A stretch of 50,456 bases of DNA from NCBI GenBank assembly GCA_032718475.1, contig JAUCBJ010005663.1:1-50456 (forward strand), given 5' to 3'. The stretch is from Nemertoderma westbladi. Lineage: Eukaryota > Animalia > Xenacoelomorpha. Below, piece after piece: positions 1 through 11,581 of this stretch (positions are counted from its first letter, which is position 1; each line of letters begins with the position of its first letter). The notes beneath the pieces are model-generated. The model was not told the origin of the DNA, did not search any database, and saw nothing but the letters and a program-made list of their open reading frames with translations. Made by a program: the position numbers and the translations under genes.

Positions 1-1619
1 ACGAACAATAGAAAGCTTGTCCCATTGAATAGCATAGGGAATAAATAGCACACTACTAGTATCCAAGGATACATAATAATACAGTGACATTCTGGAAGGC
101 ATTGACTAACGGACAAATGGCCCAAATGTGTGTAATTTGTGACAAGTTGTGTGTATGGTATTTGTGAGTTTATAGGTGAATGTTACTGCTAAGGTGTGTT
201 TACAGTAGCCAGTCGCAATCGTAAAGTAACCTAACTCTCCAAGGAATACCTGAAGTACATCTAAGCCTTTGGGACGGACAGTCGAGTGACTTGTGCCGGT
301 TGTCGTTGTCGTTGTGCGGCTACGTCGTTGGCGAAAGTACGGCGGCGACGACACATCGGCGCTGAGGATCTCGTACTGTCCGGGGTTGATTGGGGTAGGC
401 AGCGACGCCCGCTCGCCTAAATATAAACTCATTATAATGTGGATAAACTCATATATAGCAGATATGACGGAGTTGATAGAAGATGGTCTTGTCATCCTAT
501 CGATTTACACAATACGGACTATGTCGACTATATATCCTGCCCAGCGGAGTCGGAACCATAAACGGAAATTCAAATGCGAAAATTCTATTCGAAATCGACT
601 CGAAAGAAAAGACACTTAAGAAACAAATGGACGCGGTAACTCCAACGTATATTTGGAATTCTTGATAGAAGCATTGTAACAACAAATAAATATCACCCGC
701 GTTTACCCTACCAGACGTGCGTCTTTGGTATTATGACGATAAATGCCCCAGACCCAACTAATAAACGGAAAGACATAAACATCCACGTAAACCGAAACTT
801 GTTGACGTATCACCTATGCTCACTCGGCTCGAACGATCCTGGAGTAAACCTACGATCAGAGTCCCGGAATACTCGGTCAAACCTCCTCATTCCTTAGTTG
901 GACCTCAGACCTGCGATCTTGGTGGTGTCGCGGATCCTCGCGGACTGTATTCACTGTTCAAAGATCTAGTGCTACCCTAACAATTAATCGGTAACACTCC
1001 GACAGTGATTTCTAGCTAGCCGCCCATCTTACCTAGCCGGATTGTGACGCGGACACCTAATATCACTATCCAACCGTATGGTCGTCCACGTTTAACGCGA
1101 TACAACCCCTCATCAAGGGGAAGGAGAGCGTTGTACGAAATGAGTTAAACGCTATTTTATAAAGATCAAAAAGGAAACCTGCGTTTGTTCAGATAAACGT
1201 AAGTTATAACAGTGAGTCCAATCGATAAACGAATTGGCCTTATCTCAATTCGATTGGGAAATCCAGAATCTCTAAGAAGTTATCGAACTTGGACGATCCT
1301 ATTCTCTGCGAGAGTTTTTGGATGAACGTATCCAGCTACGAGCGGAGGAAAATCAGCTCGAGGAGAAGCATATCGAAACGGCAGATACCTCGACCACAAT
1401 CCTACACCTTCTGATGCAATCATATTGCACCCTTCACCCAGGAGTTATGGCCCTCCTAGTAAAGTGGCTCCCCCCAAAGAGAAAAAGACTCTTGCTAGCC
1501 TCAAAAAACTGCGTAAACGCCGTCTGCGTAAGAAAGACTAACTGTTTAGAGTATCTTTATGTTTTAGAAACTGTGATTTTTATATTTTATAGACTGAAAA
1601 TCCCATTTTCTGGGAGCGG
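1..1619 (+). mobile_element. 3-prime internal region of BEL/Pao-associated LTR element, copy A (decayed; continues left of window)
   Basis: Colinear with 48525-50456 and 2846-4518, with internal deletions; ends in purine tract GGGAGCGG directly before the TGTAAA LTR start. Confidence 0.85.
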
Positions 1620-2845
1620 TGTAAAAGCCTTTGCTGAATTGCCCCGTTATTTTTATTATCTTTTACATTAAAATACTCTGTAGTTGATTTAATAAGTGTA
1701 AGAGACCGTATTATTGCTGTATCGGTGTTTTTAGAGGATCTAAGACCTATTTCCTCCGTATGTGTACTGTGAAAGGCATATTTTATGATTCTATGGCAAT
1801 TCGTGACGCAAAGGGGTGATAGCTACTCTTGAACAGTAGTTACTATGACTACGGTTAACAGCTGACATTCATACGTGTTGATTTCCTTTGTTCTACGGCG
1901 TCTCTCAGTTCAGTCAGCCAATGAGAGCGTTTTTGTGGCTCCTTGTACAGAAAATTTCCGAGAAATGACGCAATGCCTATGTGCAGTGTTTACATTCAGT
2001 CTTGAGCCAAAGAAAGAACGGCTTGGAAGTATTTTGTGCTGTACTGCTTTCTAGTCTTACACTAGTAGGTTTAATTATAAAGGGCATATATCCTTTAACT
2101 TGAATATCTCTGTAAATATCTCAATGCTGACATACCGGTACTGATGTACCGATATACCTAACTGTTCAGTTGTTGTTTTATACTGCTATTTACTGTCAGT
2201 TCTTCATAATATGGTTGATGAATTATTATATTTGGAATAACGATAAATAACCCCGCAACCCAATATTCTTGATATACCGAAGGTAAGAGAGAAAGGTTAC
2301 CAATAACGATTGTGACTTATGTTAAAGTGGTTTGAAGTGAATCTAATGTTATTTGATAGACCCTACATGAGTCAGCCTGTGTTCCTTTTATATGTGACTA
2401 AAATCAGTGAAGATTGGCAGATTAGTGTGCAGTATTGTGCAACATTGTGTATGAGTGAGTCTGTTAAAGAAGCAATTCCTAAAGAATGCGCCATATATGT
2501 GAATTATAATTAAGCCATATCGTTGTGAGTAGTTTAAGTCATAACTCTGTTTATATAGATAAAGCGCCACGTCCTAAAGGAACTGTTAATATTACCGAAG
2601 GTGAATAATATTGTCAGAGATTATATAATACTGTCAGTCGAATAATACATTAGGCTTACATAGCAATAAAATTAAACCGTCGAACCCAATCTCCCGGGAA
2701 TATCCAGCGGGTGAATGGTCGCGCACGGATTGGTTTCGACTAGTGTAGTGAATCAAATACTTGTCATAGACTAAAAGCAGATTTAATATCTAGAAGACAT
2801 CTTAATTTGGTGGGTTAAACTGCCAAAGGTCTGAAAGCGCGAACA
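1620..2845 (+). mobile_element. LTR copy 1 (diverged subfamily)
   Basis: TGTAAAAG...GCGCGAACA termini, preceded by PPT; homologous along its length to 4519-5681 and 37286-38465. Confidence 0.9.
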
Positions 2846-4518
2846 TAGCCTTAACTCTGCAGTAAGAACCTGAAGTAAATCTAAGCCTTTGGGACGGACG
2901 GTGGAGTGACTCGCGCTGGTTGTTGTGGTCGTTGTGCAGCTACTATGTTGGCGATAGGCACATCGGCGAAAGTACACCAGCGCTGAGGATCTTGCGCTAT
3001 CCGGGGCAGCGACGCCCGCTAGCCTAATTGTAACTAATTATAATATTGATAAACTCATATAGCAGCTATGACTGAGTTGATAGAAGATGATCTTGGTATC
3101 AGGGAGAAATATACTCTACCGTTGCAAGCGTTTGTTGATAGCTTGATACGCAGCGACGCTAGTCTAACTACTACGGAGGACGATGGTCGTTATATCGAAC
3201 CGCCGATGTCCTAGGAGCAACTTACGCATGAATTGGACTATCGAAAATTCACTGCTCGCTATACGCATCGTAATGGTACCCATATGGACTTCTTAACTAC
3301 TGGTCATCCTATCGATTTACACGATACGGACGATGTCGACACCGAAAGGGAAATGGTACTATTTAAATATCCTACCCAGCGGAGTCGGAACGATAAACTG
3401 AAAATCGAATGCGAAAATTCTATTCGAAATCGACTCGAAAGAGAAGACGTTAAAGAACCGGATAAACGCGGTAACTCCAACGTATATTTGGAATTCTTGA
3501 GAGAAATATTGTAAAACCGAATAAATATCACCCACGTTTCCCCTACAAGACGTGCGTCTGTGGTATTATTGCGATGAATGCCCAAGACCTAACCAACAAA
3601 CGGAAAGACATAAACATCCGCGGAGACGTTGCTTTAAACACGGTTTTACTCGCTATATTTACGGGAGTTTCGAGCGAAATTTGTTCGATGTATCACCTAC
3701 GCTCGTTCGATTCAAACGATCCTTAAATAAACCTATGATCAGACTTCCGGAATACTCGGTCAGACCTCCTCACTTCCTAGTGAGACCTCAAACTCTTGAT
3801 CCTAATAGTATCACGGATCCTCCCGAACTGTACTCACTGTTCAAAGATCTAGTGTTACCCGAACAGTTAGTCGGTGGCACTCTGGTTGTGGACTCCCTAG
3901 ATGTTCGCCCATCTTCCCTAGTCGGATTGGGATGCGGACATCTAATATCGCCATTCAACCGTATCATCGTCCCTGTTTAACCCGATACAACCTGTCACCG
4001 AGGCGGAGGAGAGAGTTGTACGAAACGCATTGGACACTATTCGTCAAAAGATCGGAAAAAGAAACTTCAATTGTTTAGAGAAACGTAAATTGCAGCAGCA
4101 AGTCCAAGCGGTAAACCAATTAGTTTTATCTCAGTTCGATCAGGAAATCCAGAATCTCTAAGAAGATATCGAACTTGGACGACTCTACTCTAAAAGAGTT
4201 TTAGACGAATGCTTCCAACAACAAGCGGAGGAAAATCAGCTCGAGGAGAAGCATATCGATCAACCAGGTACCTCGACCGGCGGATGCACCGACCGTAATC
4301 CTAAACCTTCCAATGCAATTGTATTGCACCCTTCACCCAGGAGTTATAGCCCTCCTAGTAAAGTGGCTCGCCCCAAAGAGAAAAGGACTCTTGCTAGCCT
4401 CAAAAAACTGCGTAAAAGCCGTCCGCGCAAGAAAGACTAATTGTTTAGAGTATTTTTATATTTTAGAAACTGTGATTTTTTATATTTTATAGAATTAAAT
4501 CCCATTTTCTGGGAGCGG
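2846..4518 (+). mobile_element. 3-prime internal region, copy B, with accessory ORF remnants
   Basis: Begins abruptly at TAGCC (matches 48747 onward); ORF blocks ~3068-3514, ~3525-3980 and ~3947-4440; PPT GGGAGCGG at 4511-4518. Confidence 0.85.
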
Positions 4519-5681
4519 TGTAAAGGCTTTTGCGGATCTAGCTAGTTATTTTCCCCGCAAAGTACTCTGTACGTGTTTTAGTGGACATAAAAAGCCGTTT
4601 CCTTACTGTACAGGTGTTTTAGTGGACATAAAAAGCCATTTCTTCTGTATGTGTACTTTAGCGGACATAACTTGCGATTTTATGTCGCAATACGCCAAAA
4701 TACTCTTGATACAGTGTAAGTTCAGATGACGACATCTATCAGCTGATATGTCCACGTGTAACTTTTTCTTTGTTCTTTGTTCGGTCGACCAATCAGAGCG
4801 ATTTTCTTTGTGTTGGACAGTGCATATAGAAACTCACGCAATTCAGTCAGTGTGTATTTTTCCTAAGCCTAGAACACCGGCTGTGGAATTATTCTGTGTT
4901 TCAGACTTTAGCCAAACATTAGAACGACTTTGATTATAGAAACGTATAACTGTTATTCTATCTACCACTTATTATATCATAACTATACGTACCTTTCACC
5001 GCATTATTTTACTGCTATTTACTGTCGGTTATTAATTGTATCCGTTGATGGAATATTGTTATATTTGGAGAATATCGATAAATAACCATAAAACCCCAAT
5101 CTTCTTGATATACTGAAGGTTAGAGAGACCGGTTACATATAGCAATTGCGACTTACATTATAGTGGTTTTGGAGTGAATTGAATGCTATTTCATAGGCCC
5201 TACATGTGTCGGTTGCTGTTCTCCTTATATATGATTAAAATTAGTGAAGGTCGGCAGATCGGTGTGCAGCATTGTGCGGTAGTGTGCATGAGTGTGATAG
5301 ATAACAAAGCATCTCCTAAAGAATGCGCTTTATACGTGAATCATTAGCCATCCCGTTGTGTTTAGTGTAAGTCATAACTCTGTTTACATACTTAGAGCGC
5401 CACGTCCTAAAGGAACTGTTAATATTTCCCGAAAGTGAATAATATTTGTCAGAGATTATATATTAACGATCAGTCGAATAATACAGTAGGCCTACACCGC
5501 AATAAGGTCATAGCATCCGAATCCAGTCTCCCGGGTAAATCCAGTGGGTGAATGGTCGCGCATAGGCTGGCTTCGGCTAATGTAGTGTATCAAATACTTG
5601 TCATAGGCTAAAGTCGATTTATAACCTAGAAGACACCTAAATTTGGCAGGTTAAACTGCTAAAGGTCTAAAAGCGCGAACA
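4519..5681 (+). mobile_element. LTR copy 2 (3-prime LTR)
   Basis: TGTAAAGG...GCGCGAACA; PPT immediately upstream; visibly closer to 37286-38465 than to LTR copy 1. Confidence 0.92.
4750..4850 (+). promoter_or_regulatory. Putative LTR promoter (E-box, CCAAT box, Inr-like TCAGT)
   Basis: CACGTG ~4752, CCAATCAG ~4789, TTCAGTC ~4842; the CCAAT box is kept in all three LTRs (~1918, ~37565). Motif-only inference. Confidence 0.4.
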
Positions 5682-6685
5682 GTATTGCTATAAAACAGCT
5701 AAAGCTTATTGCACACTTTTACTACTGAACTGACAGTTTTTTTAGTAAGTATCATTTGTACAGTGTAGTTTAATCTTGGTTTTTCGTATTGCAGCTAATC
5801 TTGGTTTTTATTCTTTCAATTTTGTAGAACTACAATAAAAACGTATGAAATGAAAGGAAACTTTATCTTTACGGCTTGTAGACGTACAATTTATTTAGTT
5901 CGCTATATTTAATTGTATTAAATTTTAATAAAATTATTTAATTGATTTAGCGTTTGTAATGACAGCACTAGCGACATGGATGCCCAGAACGCCACTGAAT
6001 ACCTAAGATTCCCCCTTACTGTAACTACCATAAATGTCACGTTTCTCATCTTGCATTCTCCAAATCAACTACTTACCTTCAACTTACAAGGTTTCTCGTG
6101 TCCTTTTATGCCCAAGGCAAGCAATATTCTATACCATACCACCCACTAGCCATTCTCTACAAAATATTTTCTCGAATAGATTTGTATTGTAAAGTGTAAT
6201 TAAATTTTTAGAAAGATTCCAGCTATATTCATGCAAGTAAGCAAGCTATAATCTTTAATAGGAATGGACGTAAAATTTAATTGAATAGGATACTGCATTT
6301 AGTTGTTTTGACTAAATTTGAAACAAACAATTGACGGGTATCAGTTGGGGGTTTGTATGTCATTTATGATTACCATATACGTGTCTATCGCTTATTGCTG
6401 CTGTTACAATATCTCATAGCTAAGAGTAAACATGAGGAATACTGTCTTCTTCTGTAGGCCTACAGTAGTAGGAAAGGTTGAGGTCGTCATCTACAACAGT
6501 TTGGCACTCGTGTTGAAGGAATACAGCAAACAAAGAATTGATTTAGCTTTACAGAAAATGTGGAATACTCTACAACTGCTCCACAGTACTACTGTAACTA
6601 ATGTACTGTAGGCCTACAGTAGACCTAGGTATTCCTCTCCCTCTGACTCTAAACCAAATACTCTGAAACATCATTAAATACGCCT

Positions 6686-6953
6686 GAATACCAGAACTCG
6701 ATCAGATACCAGAACTCGACCGGGTACCAGAACTCAAACGGATACCAGAACTTGACCGGATACCAGAACTCGACCAGATACCAAATCTCGACCAGATACC
6801 AGAACTCGACTGGATACCAGAAGTCAACCGGATATGGTGGATACCAGAACTCGATTGGAAACCAGAACACGACCAGATACCAGAACTCGATCGGATACCA
6901 GAACTCGACTGGATACCAGAACTCGACTGGATACCAGAACTCGACTGGATACC
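6686..6953. repeat. 18-bp minisatellite (GGATACCAGAACTCGACY), ~14 units
   Basis: Directly visible; produces the YQNSTG / YPVEFW repeat ORFs. Confidence 0.95.
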
Positions 6954-8157
6954 TCAAGTCCTTGATGTGTTTACACTCGATTTCGATAATGTGTTGAATA
7001 GAACGTGATATGATTATGAGCAGCAAGGCACTATTGAGTCGTATTGAGCATAAGAACGGTTTGGAAAGAAGCAGCGGGAGTCTGTCCAGGGCATGGTCAG
7101 TTCCGCAGCATCAACCCAGACCTGGTCAGATCTCCTACACATTCCTCGGGTTATGACCATTGATCAAGCTACTTTCGACAGTTTAAAATCGATGCAGCGA
7201 TAGATGGAGTGTGAAAAATACTGGGTGAATAAGTCGTATCTTCCCTCGATTGTGGCACCAGTCGACACATGCATGGTAGCTGTAATGGGACCAAAGGTGA
7301 GATCCTACCCAGCGGTGGTGTTCCACGTGCCTGCGAGTTATAATGACTTACAAGTACCACCGATTGTGGATCATCCAGAATCAAGAGATAGTATACGCTT
7401 TCTACCAAGAGTGAAAGACGAGGATCAGATCATTGTGGTAGAGCTCACTTTCAGGAGAAGCTCATTCGAGATGTTCCACCAAGGATAATAAACTACGAGA
7501 TGATGGATAATCTCGGAGCACCTGGATGTTCATGGAGATCGTTGAACTGGTTAACCAATTATATTGTGGTTTTGACTTGTCATGCGACTTTCGTGTCAGA
7601 TGACGATATTCAACCGTATCCAGGCAAGGTAATGGAGTGGTCAGATAAGAGGCCATCAAGAATAGTTGGAAACATACTCCAGACATCTCATGTTCTATGA
7701 CAATGAAGAAGGCATCAGAGGAGTCTAACATCTAAGTGTATACAAATTTGAGTAGCTGATTGGAAAGCCCATGTATTTATGAGGACTCGACCTAATCAGA
7801 GACCTAAATCAAGGAATAAAGACCAGCATAGAGTAAACGAAAATTCTAGCATGGGAATACGACTAGCAGACGATATCGACGCTAGAATGTTGCCTGAGCG
7901 AGTGCACAAGGTTATCCTGAACCGTATTTACATAAAAGTGGGATCAGTCATAGAATCTGATTTATTATCTGATTTTGCAGGAATGGATAACCCAGATGAT
8001 CGCACACCTATGCCATTTGTTGAAACAAAGTTACTAATGTTATTCGTACAGGACCAAGGTTCCTATAGAGAATACAACACCAACAAATATGGGATTGGTC
8101 ATATTGTGGTTACATTTGTTATGCAACTGGGATTTTAAGTGCCATAATGAGAAGATA

Positions 8158-8345
8158 TTACTACTACTACTTCTAGGATCGGCATGCTGCATTGCAGCTT
8201 GCCGTGCTTGCGATTGCTGTGCTGGCTTGTTGACAAAATTGCGCCGCCACAACTTCCTATCACCCATGACATTTGCTAGATCATCCACATCTTCAAGGCC
8301 AGTGTCCTTTAAGATGCGTCTCAAGAAAGTCATGGGCTGTCCACC
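8158..8345 (-). mobile_element. 5-prime-truncated RTE-like LINE 3-prime end
   Basis: Minus strand encodes GGQPMTFLRRILKDTGLEDVDDLANVMGDRKLWRR, resembling the C-terminus of RTE/RTEX-clade ORF2, followed by an (AGT)n tail; no clear TSD. Confidence 0.65.
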
Positions 8346-8415
8346 TGCTTATTCACTCCATGAGGCTGCCGCGGACTCTTCAACTAAGCCTCCTCACCCA
8401 GGAATCTCATCAGAC

Positions 8416-9336
8416 ATGTTGTCTAGTGATGAGTATGATGAGATCTTCAATCCTTCGGGAGATGAGTCTGATGGGGACCCATTTGCCGACTATCTCCAGA
8501 AAACTTGTGAAAAAATCCGACAGATAGAGCAGACTTCTGTATTGGGTGCTAGTGTATGTCTTTCGGTGCATGTAGTACCATCAGATGTTCCTGAAATGAC
8601 GCACGGATCAGTTAGAGATACTGGGAAGGAATGAAGTGCAAGGAATGAGTTGGATTGGGAGTTCGAGAGAGCTTATCTACCAAGTCATCAGACTTGTATG
8701 CATTGTGGTGCTTCCAACCATCGATCTAACAAGTGTATATCACAACTATCCTATAAAGTGCTTGTCTGTGGATGGTGTCAAATCAAACCTTGTAACCATA
8801 CATTCTACACTTCTCCGTTGTTTATGACGCAATGAGGGTATTGTTGTACCAAAGGTCATCACACTTCACATTGTCAGTTGGCAGCAATTCCGTATGCAGA
8901 TCACCTGTTGGAGTTGATGGAATAATTTTTCAGTATTTGGGAGGATATGGCCAATTCGCATAGGAAATCTCAATTCCGTAGCTCTCTGATGAGGGCGCAT
9001 CTTGGATTTTAGGTGGTCGAACTGCGCCTTTTAATGAATGATGCCTACCAAGTCCAGATGCAGGATTATGAGGAGTTGTTGAATGTGGTTCTGGGTATGC
9101 CATACGAAACAGGAGTTTTAGCAGTTAGAAACTATTACAGAGTGATAAATCTTCAAGATATGCATACTTGGAGGTTCAACAAGGCGATGGATAGAGAGAC
9201 CACTGGCACATACTCGCGATATTGGAAGGATAAGCTCAACGCTGGAGAGTACAGGATCGCTTTGGTCGACATCCGCAATCAATGGTTGAAACACTATTTT
9301 AACCTAGAAAGAATCAGCGATTGCGAAGTGGAGTAA
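8416..9336 (+). pseudogene. Triple CCHC zinc-knuckle protein of unknown family (retroelement-associated), with in-frame stops
   Basis: ORFs 8089-8634, 8650-8835 and 9013-9336 share one frame; CMHCGASNHRSNKC, CGWCQIKPCNHTFYTS, *GYCCTKGHHTSHC; homologous to the minus-strand copy near 34.3-35.0 kb. Confidence 0.75.
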
Positions 9337-9408
9337 TAGTAATAACAGAAGTAATAGCTCGTGTAAAGGTCTACTAGAAGCACCTCATGGCCATATTGTA
9401 ATAATTCT

Positions 9409-10140
9409 GGGGAGAGGGTTACAATCCTGCTCATTCATTGGCTTATCCATCCCGGTTGCCTTAATGATAGGAACCTTTTGTGCTTGACTGTTGGTGACTC
9501 ACTATCTCTTTCTACGTTTCGGTTAGTGTGTTGCTGATAGTTTTTGATTAGCTGTTGTGTGCGGATTGTTTCTTGTTATTATTCTGCAATTTGTTACCGT
9601 GAATTAACTGCTTTGGATTGAATGTTATGTAATCTGCCTGCTAATGTGATTGTTTCGCTTACTGCACTAGCTGTACCCTATACCGGCTTATCGGTAGCAA
9701 GTTAAACCGCGCTATGGAGTAGACGGCGTAGGGAGGTACCTGCCAGGAACGCGTTAGTGGGAACCGGTGGATGAGATGACAGACTGCGGGAGTTTATATT
9801 ATTTAAGGGAAATACGTTAGTTAATGTTTTGGTATGTTAATTAATTATTAGCACAGTTGTGTTGTCTCCCGTCTCTGTTCTTGTCTACAGCTACTATAGT
9901 TATAAATATTGTTAGTGTATTGTTCCGTATATGTGTAATTGTATACATTTTTATATATTGTTCCGATTCCATATGTAATTTATTTTATACATTCATTCAT
10001 TCGGTTCGCATTACTGTATGTTGTGTGACTAGTTTAACCTGCTGTTATTAGTGTTATTTATAGCGGCCGTGCTGGTAGCATTAATACGGTAATGAAAAAC
10101 TGACTAGTGTAATTCACGCACCAAACTCATACCCGTCAAA
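9409..10140 (+). mobile_element. PPT plus putative LTR downstream of the knuckle ORF
   Basis: GGGGAGAGGG runs into TTACA, the same pattern as minus-strand 33611-33623; right end (CCCGTCAAA) is a guess and there is no second copy in the window. Confidence 0.35.
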
Positions 10141-11581
10141 GTATATAATAATCAATAATTGTTTTATCCGGTGTGTTTTGACGTGTAGAGGGAAGGGAAA
10201 TATGAGGGAAAGGAAAGTAACCGGGAAGAAATGGCAGATGTTGGTGTGCGTTTGGCTGGTAGAAGCAAAGTACAGGGAGTGGTGGTGGTGGGGTGACGGA
10301 TGCTAATTTTAGTTAAAACACAATAGAAAACTGGTCTCTCCCATCTCAAGATTCTAAGGTATCGAGGATGTGCGTGCACTTCATATCTGGTTATCTGTAG
10401 GGTACTTTATCAGCAAAGAAACAATAATAATACTATTTTAGATTACCTAATGTGTTCTGTAATGGTTAATTTACCCATTAACACCGGATCTGTATGGCAC
10501 CGGACACATAGGCCCTACAGTGAGTACAGTCTTACAGTATTTGTCTTCGAAGAAACTGCAGTTTCAAACCAGAGGTAATTAAACCGTTTACACAAACTGT
10601 AAGTTCTCAGTCGTAGAAATATACTGTAACGGTAGTAAGCTCCAACTTGGACAAACTCTTATAGATTTCTTTGATGATAAATATTAGTTTGTATCATTCA
10701 ATAAAATATTTGAAAAAATCCGTTTTTTCTCAATATAACATTTTTAAAATTGATAGTAACAATGTGTTGGCAAGCTGTATTTTTCGAGGTGTTTGTTATT
10801 ATACATTTATTATATAGAAAGGGATCTAGGGGTCTTAACCTCGAATGATAAGTTTATTTTACCGTAAATAAATTATCTTTTATTGACGCAATTGTAGGAC
10901 TAATCCCATCACATGCGTACTTTTTAACTGGGTAGTGTACAAATTTAGGAATTGCGTAATTTTTATTGAAATTAATATTTCATATCTCTCCAAACCACGT
11001 ACGCGTTTCGACCTTATGTATGCATTTCTTACAATGATTTACAGTTTCACTATAAATATCCATAACCGTAGAAACAAAATCAAAAAATAATATGCTGAAC
11101 TGCTGTAAAAATTCCTATGCTCCACTTTGAGTTAATCTGCCCTACTTGGCATTTGCATATATAATGAATTTATCAACTGTTTCGCGGCTTAAAATGCAGT
11201 TATGTCACGGAATGTGGCTGTCAGGGCGTTATTAATTAATAATGAGAAGCTTTTGCCTTATTTCAGCGGCCATCGCTATACTGAGCGCTGCGGGACAACA
11301 GGAAACTTGTACATCTAAAACCCATTTTCTGATTAATTTTTCCCCCTTCGATTGTCCCACGGGCTGGAGAAAGAGCGAGCGAAAGTTTCTCTCTGACGCC
11401 AAGGAAATTCTTGTCACTCCACCGCAAAAACATCCATTCCCTAAGGACTCCCGAGTCTGATTGTTTTGAAACCAGTATGAATTACCTTTTCATAAATATT
11501 TTCTTTTGGGAGAAAATGCGTCAGGAAATATAAATAAAAATTGGTTATTAGTTTTCTGTTCTCAGTAGAGATCTTAGTTAA

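Noticed and set aside
3511-3549. Short GT-AG intron joining accessory blocks a and b
   Set aside because: Splicing at these sites does not put block b in frame.
6649-7026. YPVEFW / YQNSTG repeat proteins
   Set aside because: Translations of an 18-bp minisatellite open on both strands; no supporting gene structure.
8089-8415. Apparent signal peptide or TM segment (ILLLLLLGSACC) ahead of the knuckle ORF
   Set aside because: It is the antisense reading of the LINE fragment and its (AGT)n tail.
10995-11030. ACGCGTTTCG, a Penelope/hammerhead-type motif
   Set aside because: No matching CTGANGA core at the required position on that strand.
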